A stretch of 64,000 nucleotides of DNA. Source: Gekko japonicus (Eukaryota). Below are positions 37,051 to 50,900 of the stretch, piece by piece. Each line of letters opens with the position of its first letter. Position 1 is the stretch's first letter. The stretch lies in the NCBI RefSeq assembly GCF_001447785.1, contig NW_015164185.1:1194928-1258927 (forward strand). Direction: 5' to 3'. Both the position numbers and the translations under genes were made by a program. The notes under the pieces are model-generated. The model searched no databases, was not told the origin of the DNA, and worked only from the letters and a program-made list of their open reading frames with translations.

Positions 37051-37769
37051 ATACTCACCAAAAATTGGTTTTTATTTATATTTATTTATTCATACTTTAA
37101 AATTGTGAATTGCCCAAGCCCTGTATGCACAGGGCTCTGGGCAATGTACAACAAAAGTTAAAATATCAGACAGAAGACAGAACTAAAACGAATAAATAAC
37201 ATTCTTTACATTCTTAAAACAATCTCAATATGGCGTTACGAACCTGTTCTTAAACCCATACTGGACTGTGTTGCCACCTCGTAGGCATGGTAAAGAGGAG
37301 GCAGAAACAGAAGACGATGGAAGAAATAGGGGAAGGTGCCAGCCGTAATGGGAAAACCATTGATGTCCTCAACTAAAAGCCTGATGGCGCATCTCTGCCT
37401 TACAGTATGTTTTGTATATATTCGTTTCCCTGTTTTCAAGTTTATTGTACAATATTCAGGCCAGTTATTTTGGAACAAACATAGCCAGGGCTTTTTTTGT
37501 GGTAGCGCTCACTGGTACAGTTACCAGCATCTTTTAGGAGCGCCCCCCCCCCATCCTGAGGGAGAATTGGTAAAAATCAATGCAACCTTATATATGAGTA
37601 CTGGCATCTTTTATTTTTAGAATACAAGCACTGGCCATAGCAAAAGGAAAATTAGCCTCTTTCAAAGGGCCTTCGTTTTGGAACTGAGTGAGCTACTGAT
37701 TTAGGAGCTACACAAATGCTTGAGCCTCAAATTACTACAGTACTTCAACTGAAAGAAAACCAAAACTTG

Positions 37770-38185
37770 GTACGTATGCAGTTCAGTGGACCCTGGTTAT
37801 TACCCAGAATTAAACTTTATTGGTCTTGGAGGTGCCACTGGACTCAAACTCAGTTCTCATATCTGTTTGTTAACTCTTGTATTTGTATGCTATTTTACAG
37901 CTATTCACAGATCTTATCAACCGCTTTAATCCAGTATCAGCTATAATCACCCAGTTAATTACGCATCTTGACTCTTAACTAGCCCTCCCTGGCAACTAAA
38001 TGCCCCCTACCCTCTCTCTACCTATATGTAATGGTTGAGGGCAGCTTGTTTCACTTTATCTGAAGAAGTGTGCACGCACACAAAAGCTTATACTTTGAAC
38101 AAAACTTTACTGGTCTTAAAGGTGCCACTGGACTCAAACTTTGTTCTGCTGCTTCAAACCAACACGGCTACTCATCTGAATCTCT
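37770..38185 (+). mobile_element. Penelope-derived 3' region/pLTR remnant
   Basis: ctgaagaagtgtgcacgcacacaaaagcttatac...cttcaaaccaacacggctac. Confidence 0.7.
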
Positions 38186-38898
38186 CTTCCACAAAATGTA
38201 GGATACAGACTCTGCTTCATAACAGTAACAGATCTAACACACACAAAGACAAGGCAGACATAGGATGGTATGCTTAATGCAAAGAGCCATCAATAATGAC
38301 CTCCAGAGAAAGTCCCCCTCCCAGAGACCACTGGTTACAAGAGTCTCTCCTGGGAATTGCAATTACATGGAACATGTCAGTAGTCTGCAATAAATATAAA
38401 TTATCAGTCTGTTACGGAGATAAGTGGTCGTGGTATAATCTAGTGAACAGCTTATATTCTGCAAGCATAGATCTATGTCTGCTTACCTCTCTGTTATGGG
38501 AGGATGTCTCTGGTTCAGTCTCTGCCTTAACTGTGATTTTAAGCATTTCAATCTGCAAACAAAGTGCTCAGCAAACAAATCAGAGTGTAATCTGGAAGCA
38601 TCTCATAAAAATAATAAAATTCAGATACCTGCTTGCATGTTGCCAAGCCTCTCCACAACCATGCAGACTAAACACATTTTTAAAAACAAGCAAATGAAGG
38701 ATGGTCAGAAGTTTGCCAAAATTTTGCAAAAAAAAAAGGAAAGAAAATTTTCCCCCAGATAGGCCTGCTTCACATATATGGCCTCTCTCTTCCATCTCAC
38801 TTTTGCCCTGGAGAGCAACAAAGAGGAAAACTATTTGCTTGCAGAAGGACAGGAAGCAGTGCATGTAAGTGTTAGTTCATAATTGTAGGGAATGAGCT

Positions 38899-39103
38899 GT
38901 GGTGGCGGTGGAAAGCACTGTCAAGTCAGAGCTGACTTATGGTGATCCCGTAGGGTTTTCAAGGCAAGGGACATTCAGAGGTTACCTGCCTCCGCATCAC
39001 AACCCTGGTATTCCTTGGAGGAATCCCATCCAAATACTAGCCAGGGCCGACCCTGCTTAGCCTCTTAGATCTGATGAGATTGGGCTAGCCTAGGGTATCC
39101 AGG
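38899..39103 (-). mobile_element. 5S rRNA-derived SINE
   Basis: Same family as 29318-29524. Confidence 0.8.
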
Positions 39104-40734
39104 TAGTTGACACGAATTAAAGTTTTGTGACATTTGTTTCCCCACCAAATAGCCATTTACCAGCCCCCCAAAGGCTTTTCTTATGCCTCCTTCTCCCACT
39201 ATGCCATTTTCTTCCTCCTGTCTGCTTGGCAGCTTCTTCCTGCTCCAAGCCCACCAAGAGCAGCAATAAAAGCAGCTGAAATCTCTGAGATGGCTATTAG
39301 GAAAAGAGAGGGATGCAAAAACAATTGGCTTTCTGGTGCTCACAACATGCTCAAAGGAGAAATGAAGATTCATTTGTTCTGCACTCCAGCAAGACAGCTG
39401 TGAAGGTCAAGGGTAACTCTGTTAGTGTTTTAGTGAGCTTATTCATTACAACCCACATAAGAAACACTGTGGGGGTTTTATGATTTTATTTATAAAAAAC
39501 AAAATTACAATACAAACGGCAACAAGGTCTTTCTTCCATACATCCATTGTAAGATATTTCTAGTTAACCATTTTTATCATTCTTGTAATAACACAGCAAC
39601 TACTCATCCTCAAGAAAATTAATTAAATGTCCTTGGACCACTTCTAATATCTGTTGCTGTGTCTTACGACATTCATGGCAACTATTTCAATATTCTATGA
39701 ATAAAAACCAACTGTCCAGAAATTCTGAAGCTGAACACAATTTTCATGTCCACGTGTCTATAAACAGAAATCTTATCCATGGACCACACACACAAAGCCT
39801 TGTTGATCCACTGCCTCCTTGATGGAGGCACCATGATTTATTACTATTAGAACCCTCAAAGCAAGAGGAACGCTATTTGAGCATTTGAAAAGAAGGGACA
39901 TTATTTCAGGAGTGACATATATTAATAAAATGCCAGTCTTCAAAGTAAGACCATTGCGTTTATATAGTGCTTTTCAAGTGTTCTGTGCTCATCTCATGCA
40001 CTGTTTTCTTTTCAACAGGTCAGTAGTATTATTCCCATATTGCAGCTGAGAGAACAGCGACTTCACTAAGACTACATAATACATGTGTGACTAAGATCTG
40101 AATCAGACACTTCTTAATTCATCTGTCCTATACTTAGCTAGTATGCTGCACAAATTCATTGGCACTTGTTTCCATTTTGGTTTTTAATCAAGAACCTTTT
40201 TCTAAAGTGTACTCGGTGGACTGCTTCCACCTAGACCTTGCGTTTTTGAGGTCAGCCAAGAAAGCCACTTTTCAGGAATCCCACTGGAGGAATCCAGCCA
40301 GTGAGAACCCACAGAAGGGCTTTCTCGGCAGCCTTTTAGATCTCACTTTCTCTTATACTGCACACAGTTCCTTCTCTAGTGATCTACTTGTATCAGCTTA
40401 TTTTTTAAATTCCAGGCCATTGTTAGTTAAAACTGTCCCTGGTGCATGTCTTTAATGGCTGCTGTTTCATATGGATTATTGTAAACTGCTTTGGGTTTAA
40501 ACAGAAATGTACTGTATAGGTATGCAGCAATTTATGCATTGGACACACAAATTTCTTCAGCTTGCCTTCTTAAATTACATCTGATCTATAAGGATTCCAT
40601 TGAGCAGAAGTCAAAACATAGCTCCTCTTATATACCACAGTCCACAGAAACCTGTGCTTACAATGAGTTGCTAGCAGTTTAGATAATTTGACTAAAAAGC
40701 CGTATTCCCATAAAATTGATATAATTTGTGAATT

Positions 40735-41894
40735 AATATGTTGTCGAAGACTTTCACGGCCGGAGCTCATTAGTTGCTGTAGATTTTCCAGGTTGTGTGG
40801 CCGTGTCTTGGCATTGTAGAACTTAACTTTTCGCCCGTAGCTGTGACTGGCATCCTCAGAGGTTTAATACAGAAAGATGGAGTACTCTCTGTGTCAAGGT
40901 GAGAAGAGAAATGGTAGGCAGGTAATTTATATCTACTCCAGAAGGTGGGATAGGGCTGAGTCATTATCTTGTAGGAGTTCCCAAGGCTATGAACATACTA
41001 ATGGAGGAGCTTTCCTGAGGAGGTTCTTTTGTATATGGATTGTTTCCATAGGTTTCCTGAGGAGGTTCTTTTGTATGTGGATTGGCTGTTGAAATTCTAA
41101 TCTTATTTGTAGTGCTATTGTCAGATGTAGATCCTTTTGAGTTTTTCAGGACAGAAATCCATGCCCAATTTATTTTTAAACTCTCTTATTTCCTTTACAT
41201 CAGGACCACACAGCATAGCATTCAGACAATTTCAACAGGAAAGAAGAGAGTTTTGTGTTTTTCAGGACAGGAAACCATGCCCTATTTATTTTTAAACTCT
41301 CTTATTTCCTGTTGAAATTGTGTTTTTGTTTATGAATTTCAATGGCTTCCCTGTGTAATCTGACATGCTAACTGAAGTGTTGTCCAGCCTTTCAGTGTCT
41401 TGGAACAAAATACTGTGTCCTGTTTGAGTTAGGCTATGTTCAGCCACTGCTGATTTTTCAGGTTGGCCAAGTCTGCAGTGTCTTTCATGTTCTTTTATTC
41501 TTGTCTGAAAAACACAAAAGGCTCTACATCTGATAATAGCACTACAGGTAAGATAAGAATTTTAACAGCCAATCCACATACAAAAGAACCTCCTCAGGAA
41601 ACAGGAAACCTCCTCAGGAAACAATCCATACACAAACGAACCTCCTCAGGAAAGCTCCTCCATTAGCATGTTCATAGCCTGGGGAACTCCTACAAGATAG
41701 TGACTCAGCCCTACCCCACCTTCTGGAGTAGATATAAATTACCTGCCTACCATTTTTCTTCTCACCTTGACACAGAGAGTACTCCATCTTCCTGTGTTAT
41801 ACCTCTGAGGATGCCAGTCACAACTACTGGCGAAACGTCAGGTTCTACAATGCCAAGACCACGGCCACACAACCCGGAAAATCTATAGCAACTG
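40735..41894. mobile_element. Penelope-like element (Poseidon-type) with inverted pLTRs and GIY-YIG remnant
   Basis: Arms ~40770-41150 and ~41505-41894 are reverse complements; minus 41507-41250 reads QTRIKEHERHCRLGQPEKSAVAEH...HREAIEIHK...NFNRK; 11-bp flanking repeat atttgtgaatt at 40724-40734 and 41895-41905. Confidence 0.9.
41801..41843 (+). ncRNA. Minimal type I hammerhead ribozyme (intact core)
   Basis: ACCU-CUGAGGA-U-GCCAGU(loop)ACUGGC-GAAA-CG-UC^-AGGU: stem I 4 bp, stem II 6 bp, palindromic ACGU stem III, GUC site (cut after 41839). Confidence 0.8.
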
Positions 41895-42060
41895 ATTTGT
41901 GAATTGTTAGCAGATTATTTGGGGACATAACAGCACAACAGTTATGTGAGGTATGTGGGGAGTGACTTCTGATGAACAAGTGGCTCACAAAAATAGACAA
42001 AACCTATTTCTGGAGCCAAGGAACTACTGCTGTTTTACCTTAAAACCATAGAACTTCTCA

Positions 42061-42080
42061 TGTGCCACAAGGTGGTGCCA
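42061..42080 (+). promoter_or_regulatory. CTCF-like motif downstream of CEP44
   Basis: tgtgCCACAAGGTGGTGCca. Confidence 0.4.
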
Positions 42081-42574
42081 GACTTCCAGTATACTTGAAA
42101 TCAAGTCAACACTAAAGTAATTTAAAAGTTTTCATAGGATGTCTGAATGAATTGAAAGGCAAACATAAGGTTTCCTTAGCCAGCATGAACTTTATAGAAA
42201 ATGGAGTAACAATATATAGCACTTTTTAAAAATAAGAACAGTAGCTTCAGGAGATGGAAATATGGAAGAGAAATAGTATGAGGTGTTCCTAGTCTACAAC
42301 TTTTTCCCCACATTGATCCCATAACTTCCCCAATGTTTCTGCTCTTAGCTTTGGCTATAATTATGTTTTTTCACATACCCCCATCCATGCTAAATTCTCC
42401 CCCTAGTATCCCAGCCCTGTTTTTCCCCTTTCCTTAAAACCCACCTGCTTTTCTACATTGGGAACCAAACATGCTGGCTAGGTATAGTAAATTTCCCATG
42501 TAACTTTGAAGTATTCATTTGGGCTGGGCTTAAATGGGTAATTTTGCTGCTCACTGCATGAATGCGCTTATTGT

Positions 42575-42617
42575 NNNNNNNNNNNNNNNNNNNNNNNNNN
42601 NNNNNNNNNNNNNNNNN
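42575..42617. other. Assembly gap (N run)
   Basis: N bases. Confidence 1.
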
Positions 42618-44720
42618 TGTAGTCAATAAAAATCACTCTATTAAATTAGAGTTGCCTCATTTCCCTAAATATCACTTCCAAGCACCCTTGTGCATACATG
42701 AGCTGCAAGATCCTGCGACCTGGGTCAAGAGGTGCATGTGTAAAGGCCACTAGTAATGAATCCAAAAGGTATAGCCTGAAGAAAGGGTTAATCTCTGTGA
42801 CAAACAGAGCAGAGGGGAAGGTGTGGAATAGAGAAAAATTATTCTAAACTGCCAAGATGGCCAGTGGGTGGTTGGGGGGGGAAAAAGGACAGAGAAAAAG
42901 AGTGCATGTGGATGAGGGGGCTTGTGAGGGCGACAACCCAAAAAAGGATCCCTAGGGAAAAGGATTAGTGTGGTTCTCTGAGTGAGTCTGTAGCCAAGAG
43001 GCCAGACTGGAGAATACAAAACATTCACCTCAAGGGAGAGGAGCTATATTATGAACCCTGAGAGGGGAAGGGTCACATAAAAGTGGGAACAACATGATGA
43101 TGTCTGCGTAATGTTCTCTATTATAAAGTCTGTCATTTATATTAAACTAAAGTATCAATAGAAACTATACTTTCACCTCAATATCTATAAAGTTGTTGTA
43201 CTCATGAGTTTCCCTCTATTGAAGATCTCTGTCCAGAACTACTCCAAAGAAACACTACCAAAACTCCCCTAGTTAACCAGTGCCTAAAATAAGAAAGGGA
43301 CAAAGGACCACAAAAATATTGGCAAACGTTACAGCCACAAACCTTTTATTTCCCCTCGCTTCCTCAGCAACAACCCATACTAGAATGTTACATGGAATCC
43401 TGACCCTTTAACTAAGAGAATGTTGTAGAAAGGATACTATAGAAAAGGAAACTGAAATTGTTCTTTACCAAAGAAGTCTATGACTGGAGGGTGGGAAAAT
43501 AGAGAAAAAATATTTACCTTTTTAAAAATCTACAAAAGTATTTTATCAACTGATGTTGGTAGGGACCAGGCACAAGAAATAAAAGTCCGCACTTACAGAA
43601 CTAACATATGCTGCTCATTGCTATAGAACGTTGTGAGATACAAGTAGCCCTAAACATGAAAGGCTTCCTTTGACAGTTCTTATATTGGGAATATGAATGT
43701 CTTCTAATAGAATGGGCATTTGTTCCATTGTTTTGCAAGAATTTTCTGTTAAATATTTTATTGCTGATGTTCTGTGCTCTTGTTAAAACGAGCCAGCATA
43801 GCTCACATTCATTTTTAGAAAGAGACACAAGGTTACAAAATAAATCATGTTTTACAACAAAATAGAAACAGCTGTTCTCGCATCATCTGCAAACCAAGCT
43901 ATTAAAACCCTTTTGATGTCAAATGATATTACAATGTTACTGAAGGATCTTATCGTATGAATAGACAGAATTAAAGTTAATCTGGTTGATTAAAAAGTTC
44001 CCTCTGCAACACAGGTTAGTATGCAGCCATTTAGAAATCTAAATAGCTGAAGTGGCTTTCTCTGCCACCATCTATTCTTTATTTGATTATATCATATTTA
44101 TGGCTGTTTTACAGATACTTTTGTCTCCAAAGAGTCATTGGCCTCAAATCATAAAACTGCTATGTATCTTACTATACAGACTGGATGGCCTCCATCTGTG
44201 CTGCTGGTCTTAAAACGTGTCAGGTAATACAGCACTAAAACGCTCAACACATTTCCTAGTCTGAGCCTGTGGACCTACATATGTTTTAATGTTTCAAATC
44301 AAAATGGCCTTCACTGTCAAAATCAATGGAAGCTACTATGCATTTGGTGCTTTCTGACCAAGGACAAACAAAATATATATTTAAAAACAAACAAAAAACC
44401 TAGAAAGAGCACACATTTACAACCTGTGTACTTGGCTTTTCATTAAGGCTTGTACGATTTTACAGATGGCAGGATGGTATGTAAGCAATTCTCTTGGGTG
44501 CAATATGCAAGTCCCAGCTGGAGTGTTTCCAACAGGATATAAACCATGGTCCTCAAGCCTGCACTTTAAAAAACATATTACTTAGCCCAGTGCCAACAAA
44601 TGTCAATACAAAAAATGCACTTCAAGAACAGGAACAGCTTTCCTACAACCACAGAGGTTACCTGCATCGAAAATAATTGGAAGGTGAAAATTATGGCAAT
44701 GACGATGGTATCATAAAATG

Positions 44721-44726
44721 TTTATT
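44721..44726 (-). terminator. Proximal AATAAA polyadenylation signal candidate of CEP44 (others at ~44078, ~43757, ~43345)
   Basis: tttatt on + strand, ~130 nt past the stop codon; usage not determinable from sequence. Confidence 0.4.
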
Positions 44727-44855
44727 TTTCATAAAAATGCATCATTTGCAAATAATTTGGGTCAAGACAAATCGCAAAAGGATTCAAGTAGGTCTAAAAA
44801 TTTTACACATATACATAATTGCTTTCAGCTATCTGGCAGTGTAGGGCAGACTACT

Positions 44856-44904
44856 CTAGGAGGTGCTGCTTGAGGTCTTCAACAACTCTGACGTTTCTTC
44901 AATC
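44856..44904 (-). CDS. CEP44: CEP44 last coding exon
   Basis: atatttttag|[19 protein letters not shown]. Confidence 0.93.
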
Positions 44905-47900
44905 CTAAAAATATTATAGGTTAAACAGGCTAAACAAAAATATTTTCTTATTGAATAATAAAATTAAGTAAGCACCATTTTTTCCAGTACATAGGGAAGA
45001 CTCGCTAGTTTTAAATGACAACCTGTACATAGTGGAGAGAAGAAACAGTCCAGTTTTCAAGTTTAATCGTAAACGTTTTGTACAGAACACTTTTTAAAAG
45101 ACTGAATTATTGATGATTACTGTTGAAATAGAATGACACTAGAAGTGGAAAACTGCAACAAGATACAATTACTTCCAAGTAATGGAAATCATCACATTTT
45201 TCTTTATGCAAGAGCTAAAAATTTGAACAGAATCATTATCTTCAGCAAACTAGATAACCTAAAACTCTTAAAGTAAATTAGCACTCATCTCAAGAACAGC
45301 CACTAAACACACCTATAGTCATCCCACAAACATAGGACTGTATATAGATTTATTATCCAGTAGGAACAATAAATCTTAAGATGCAAGGATCTTTGTGGTT
45401 TGGAGAACGTATGTACTTTCTACATACATTTAAACCAAAGCCATTCCCTACAGAGAAATGAATTCATCCTGCTTTTTTCCTTTTACTTACATTTTGTTTA
45501 TTCGTTCCATTCTTTGTATTGTTGTCTCCTGCAATTTAAAAGCAACAGGTTCCATTCATTCTTCATAGGCCATATATTTCAAAGTTTTGGTACATGCACA
45601 AACACAGTGAATTTGTATGCATGGAACTTATTTTAACAGACTTTTCAAGATAAAGTTTTGCTGTTCTCTCCAGCCCTCAAAACAACCAAAGACCAAAAAA
45701 AAAATAAAAATCCTACAGATATTCAGACTAGGCATTAGTTTTAACTGACCTTTGAAGCCTTGGATAAATCATGATTATTAACAACCATGGCTTTGGGAGA
45801 TGGGTCTGAAGATATCAGTGAACTATATCCAGATGAGTGGTGAAGACTCTCTGGCAGTTCCTCCTTCCCTTTATCTGTGAAGAAGCATTCATTTTAAAGA
45901 TCACCTTTGCCTTTTTGCTCTCACACAACAGGTCAGCCATCACCCAGTTTAATTTACAGAAGATACCAACAACACATATTTATAGGGAACTATTACACAA
46001 CCACAATGAATTTTTAATTATTACCAATATCCTGTACTATTCTGAAACGACACAAAACAACCTTCTGATCACCACCAATGAAAGCTTTTTGGAAACTGCC
46101 ACTGGCCAAAATATCATTCCTTGCAGGTCTTTTCTAAGACCTTAGAGTCAATGCTCATTCAGCAAAAACTGGTATAAAACATGAATTGCACCCCAGACAT
46201 GAGGCATATGCCAAGCCCTTTTTAAATTCCACCATTAGGTAGAGCTTGACAACATTACCTTAAAGCATTTTTAATAAGCAAACAGAAAAGCCTTCCATTA
46301 AAAAATGACAGAAATGCCTATAAAGGGCAGAGCAGCTATTTGGGTCAATATTTAAAACACACGCACAAAATTACTTTACAGTAACAAATATTTAATAAAT
46401 AATAAAGTAATAAACACCAAAGATATTACTTTATTATCTTTGAGCCTGTCACCAGCATATCATAGAATAAATCAACCCCAACTTGCACATGCTATAAAAG
46501 ACTTTACCAATAGGAAGAAACGTGTAGCTTAACCACCATACAGTTAAAAACAGGCTTTGGAGAAGATGAGTGAAGCTGTAGTGACTTTTTCTGGTTGTGC
46601 TGCAAATCTAAGTGGGGTGTAAGAAAGTTGTAAATGTATAGCTTACAGATCTTCAGGTAAGAGGTTGGAGAACTAAGAACTACAATGTTTAAGTTTATTT
46701 ATTTATTTGATTTTGTTTATACCCCGCCCCGCCAGATGATAAAAAAATAATTTGCTACTGAAGATTTTGACTAGGGTCCTTCCTAAAAAAGGAAATGATA
46801 AAATTACCGTAAAGACTCCTTGTCAGCACTGATAAGCTACTTAAAAATAATTTGACCAGCCTTCATTAACATAACTTTGAAAGCCCCTTTTTAAAACTCA
46901 GTCTCTAACAAATGGAAAAAAATACTAAAACTAAAGTAAACCCATCCTACATATTAAGTTTTATATTGATAGTAGAGCAATGTTCTTTGTGTGCAACACT
47001 GAACACGTACAAAAAAGAACAGATAAAAAATAAAACTGCAGTGACAAACCAATCACTTTTGTTGGTACAAAGATCTACTGCATCTAAACAATCTCAGTTG
47101 TTGAAACGGCAGTTTGAGCATTCAGAAGACCCCAAATAATGCCAACACTAAATGAAATACTCACCTGGAGAAACTGGCGTCATATGTATGTTAGAGGTAT
47201 TTTCTTCATTCATGTTATTAGATTCTGTGGGTAAACTGATCTAAAATTGAAGATATATTTTGCCATTTATAAGTCAGTTTTACAATATAGTAGCTGGCAT
47301 TCTGGGATTTGCATTGCAAGCTGTTTTACAAAGTTACCAATTTGGAGCAACTCTGCATAGGACCGTACTTACTGTCTTTGAATGAATGGATAATATCCAC
47401 CCATAACACTCCCTATTACATTACTACTAATATATCCCGCAGCGGACAATGGCTCAGTTCAGCCATCATGTCTGGATCCTCTGACCAAAGATTGGGAGGA
47501 TCAGGAACAGGCTACAGTCTTACACACAAACCCTTTCTTGTCAATTGCATTCTTCATTTATTTGTTTCTTCTGATATAGTTTGCTATGACGTCTGAACTG
47601 GTTGACTATAGTTAGAGCCATTAATAGAGCCTGTGAGCCTGCCAGTACATTTCTGAACCTCTGAAGGATCAACCTGTACTGAACCAATATTTTTACAAAT
47701 CACATTATACTCGACACCAACCAAATAGTCTGTTCCAAAGCAGTAACTGGTTATTCTCTGTTCATATAAGGTATTTTAATTATGTCACACCATCAGTAAT
47801 TTATACACTATACCACTGATACTAGTCAAAGTGAAGTTCAGCATTTTAAAGAGTTGCTAGATAATCCAAACCATTCCACAATATTGTACAGTATTTACGT

Positions 47901-50900
47901 AAATTAGTCAAGAACAGGAAATACATAATAGAGAAAGAAAAATATCTTTGTTAACTTGGACTGAACTTTTAAATATGGTACATGGTACTGTGGCAAGCAC
48001 TAACATGAAATATTTTTTCCCGTTCAAATGCATTACCAACAAATTTGTACCTTAGTAAATTGTAGCCATAGCAAAAAAAACCATTTCCCACACTTCTCAA
48101 AAGTTCATCCTGAGAATACCCATTATTCAAAAATGTAACTTAAAGGGATTGAGAAAACACCTACTCTCTTTTGCAAAAAAAATCATTGTGTTTAGGAATA
48201 TGAAAAACTAAATATGATCACTCTGCATTGCTTGTGAGACTAATACATACCTATATATCCACTTTAAATCAGAAACAGTGATATAAAAATGTCCCATTAG
48301 TATTGTTTTCTGAAAATTGAATAATAAATGTACCTTTTCTGGTTGCAGTAATAGTTGTGTTTCAAGGAGCAAGACGCGGCTCAATAGATTATTCCAGTCT
48401 CTCTCATCTATAATCACTTTACCCTGCAGTTTCTCTTCTAAAACTATCAACTTCTCTTCTATCCAATTCAGTTTATTAACTTTTTCCTGCAGTTCAGCAA
48501 GTTGGCTTTTTAATTCTTTCATTTGATCATCATTATCTTCTAAGAGCTGCAAATAAGATGGAAGGCAAAAAACAGTTTATGTAACTATGTAGTGTTGCTC
48601 AAGAGTAAAGGTTGATTCCCAACTTGGTTTTTATGTTATTCCATTATGAATTAAATTCATTAGTCTTTTCTAGAAATTACTAGATTAAGGACAGCCTTCA
48701 TTAACTTCATGCAATCCAATGCAGTTTAACGATAGGGAAATTAATGAATATGCCAGTTCAGCCATGGAATCATTTGAGATTCTGGAAAAACATTTTCACT
48801 TGTTTCAGTTGCTTATCTGTACAAGAATCATCTATTATCCTTACTAGATAGAATAGAGAAAGGGGAAAAACAGGGGAAAGACTATGCTCACGGGCTTTTC
48901 CACAGGCTCGATTTGGTCCTTATTTTCTGGGGAGTCGATCCACAAGCACTGGAATTGGTTTAGGCATGGTTCTTCTGCACATGTGCCTTCCCCATGCATT
49001 TTGACAGTAGTGGTTAATTTATTTCTGCACATGGTTTAAATAATCATATTTTTCACAGGAGGGTGCTGTCATTATTAGTGGCATCACAGCAACCCCCTTT
49101 TTTTAAGGCCATGATATAGTGGTTAAACTATCATTACTAGCAGGTTCTCTGAATTCCCAGCTTTCATTTTCTAAAAAAGTCTCTATGCCCTTCCCTTGCA
49201 AAGATATACCTTTTATCTTATACCTCCATGAGGTAAGAATCTAGAGATTTATTTTTTAACAAAATGAAAACTGGGACTTCAGAGGACCTCCTTAAACTTT
49301 CATTACCGCACTACATCTCTATTGATATTTTAGATCCTTAAATAACCCCAGAAACCACTCATCTTTGAGGGGGAGGAGAGGGAGCAGTTTGACAATGACC
49401 ACAGTCCAATAATTGAAAAGTGAGCTGGATGTGGGTGGGAATGGGCAGGACAAAGAAAACTGTACAAGGAAAAAGATGAGTCAAAATCAGCTTTCATGGA
49501 AAGATCAGGGTAAAGGTTTTTTAAAGAACAAAGTGGAAAATAAAACCAGGCAGAAAATGGGTGAAGCAACTTAATGGCCTTACTTGTTCATGTGAATTGT
49601 AGGAAATATCAGTTTCTTCATGAAGTACTTCACTGACTACATCCTTTGGGGAACATGTATTACATGTACTCACATGGCGTTCTATTTGAGGTTTCTTTGC
49701 ATGTAAACAACAAAACAAAATGTCACACAATGTAACAGCGGAAAAGTTTAAGAGCTCATCTAAATAATCACTGAATTTAGTGGGAAAACACCTTTGATGT
49801 TAATGGCCATGGAATACACCTGATACAGAAAACCTTTACAATTTGTTTGAAAAGCAAAAATAAAGGTAAAAATATAACATGACAATCAGCCCCAAAGCCT
49901 TAATGCCAAGTCAGGCCCTCTCATCTTTTTAAATCTGTGTCATCCCAATTTTGATGGACTCTGAAAACAGTACACCAAAGTACACTAACAGGGCTTGTAA
50001 TAAGCAGTGCAAGAAACCAAAGAAATGGGGGGGGGGTTTTTTGTATGTGTGTATATACACACACACACAATTAAATAACACAATACCAATTCAAGAATCT
50101 TCCCTAGCCAAGCTGCTTGGGGGAGTGGAGGTGAGATTTAGAGCTGTGTATTCCAGATAAAACAAAAATCATGCCACACAAAAATTATGCTGTGGCAGCA
50201 ATGCTTTTCATTTGGCAACTGCTGTACTAATATCTTGATCCAGTGAGAAAGAATCCATTTGCAGCAAAAAAGTCACTGTGTACAAACTGCACATGTTAAG
50301 AGCTCTTGGGGATGTGGTAAAGAAACACTCCTGTCCAAAAGCTTGGAACATGTACACAGAGTGAAATGCCCTTTCAGCAGATCTCTGAATCAAGCTTTAG
50401 AGACCTTGTATGACTAGAAAAGCAGCTGCACACTGACAAGTAACTATGAAACAACAGGCTTGCCAAGCTGAATACACTAAGAGCTGCTGATAAGGTAGAA
50501 ACCACTTTACCATTTGGTAAGCATCTTCCCGACCAATGTACTCAGTAAGACTTCTATCACTGTTAAAAGCACACTGCAGAACTGTAAGAACCTCTGGTCT
50601 GATGGTCTGTGTTCCTAGAACTTCTTTAGAGGAGTAACTCTGATATGTTCACTGATAAAGGATTTTCTTAAAAACTAGCCAACATTAAGTTTATCTGCCA
50701 CAACTAGCTTATGTTACCTTAGATTCAGGGCACTAATTTTATCAATCTGAAAATTTATATTAATGGCCATGTTTCTCTATTAAGCATTTGCTTGAATTCA
50801 ACCATTTTCTTTAAATATGATTAGTAGAAGCCATTTTTAATTATTTTCATATAACATAAAGTGTATCTGCCTAAGAATCACATTTTTCTGCTGAATGGTA

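Noticed and set aside
40821-40863. Hammerhead on the CEP44 sense strand downstream of its poly-A sites, as a possible termination aid
   Set aside because: Stem III, cleavage triplet and stem I are mutated, so it is unlikely to cleave
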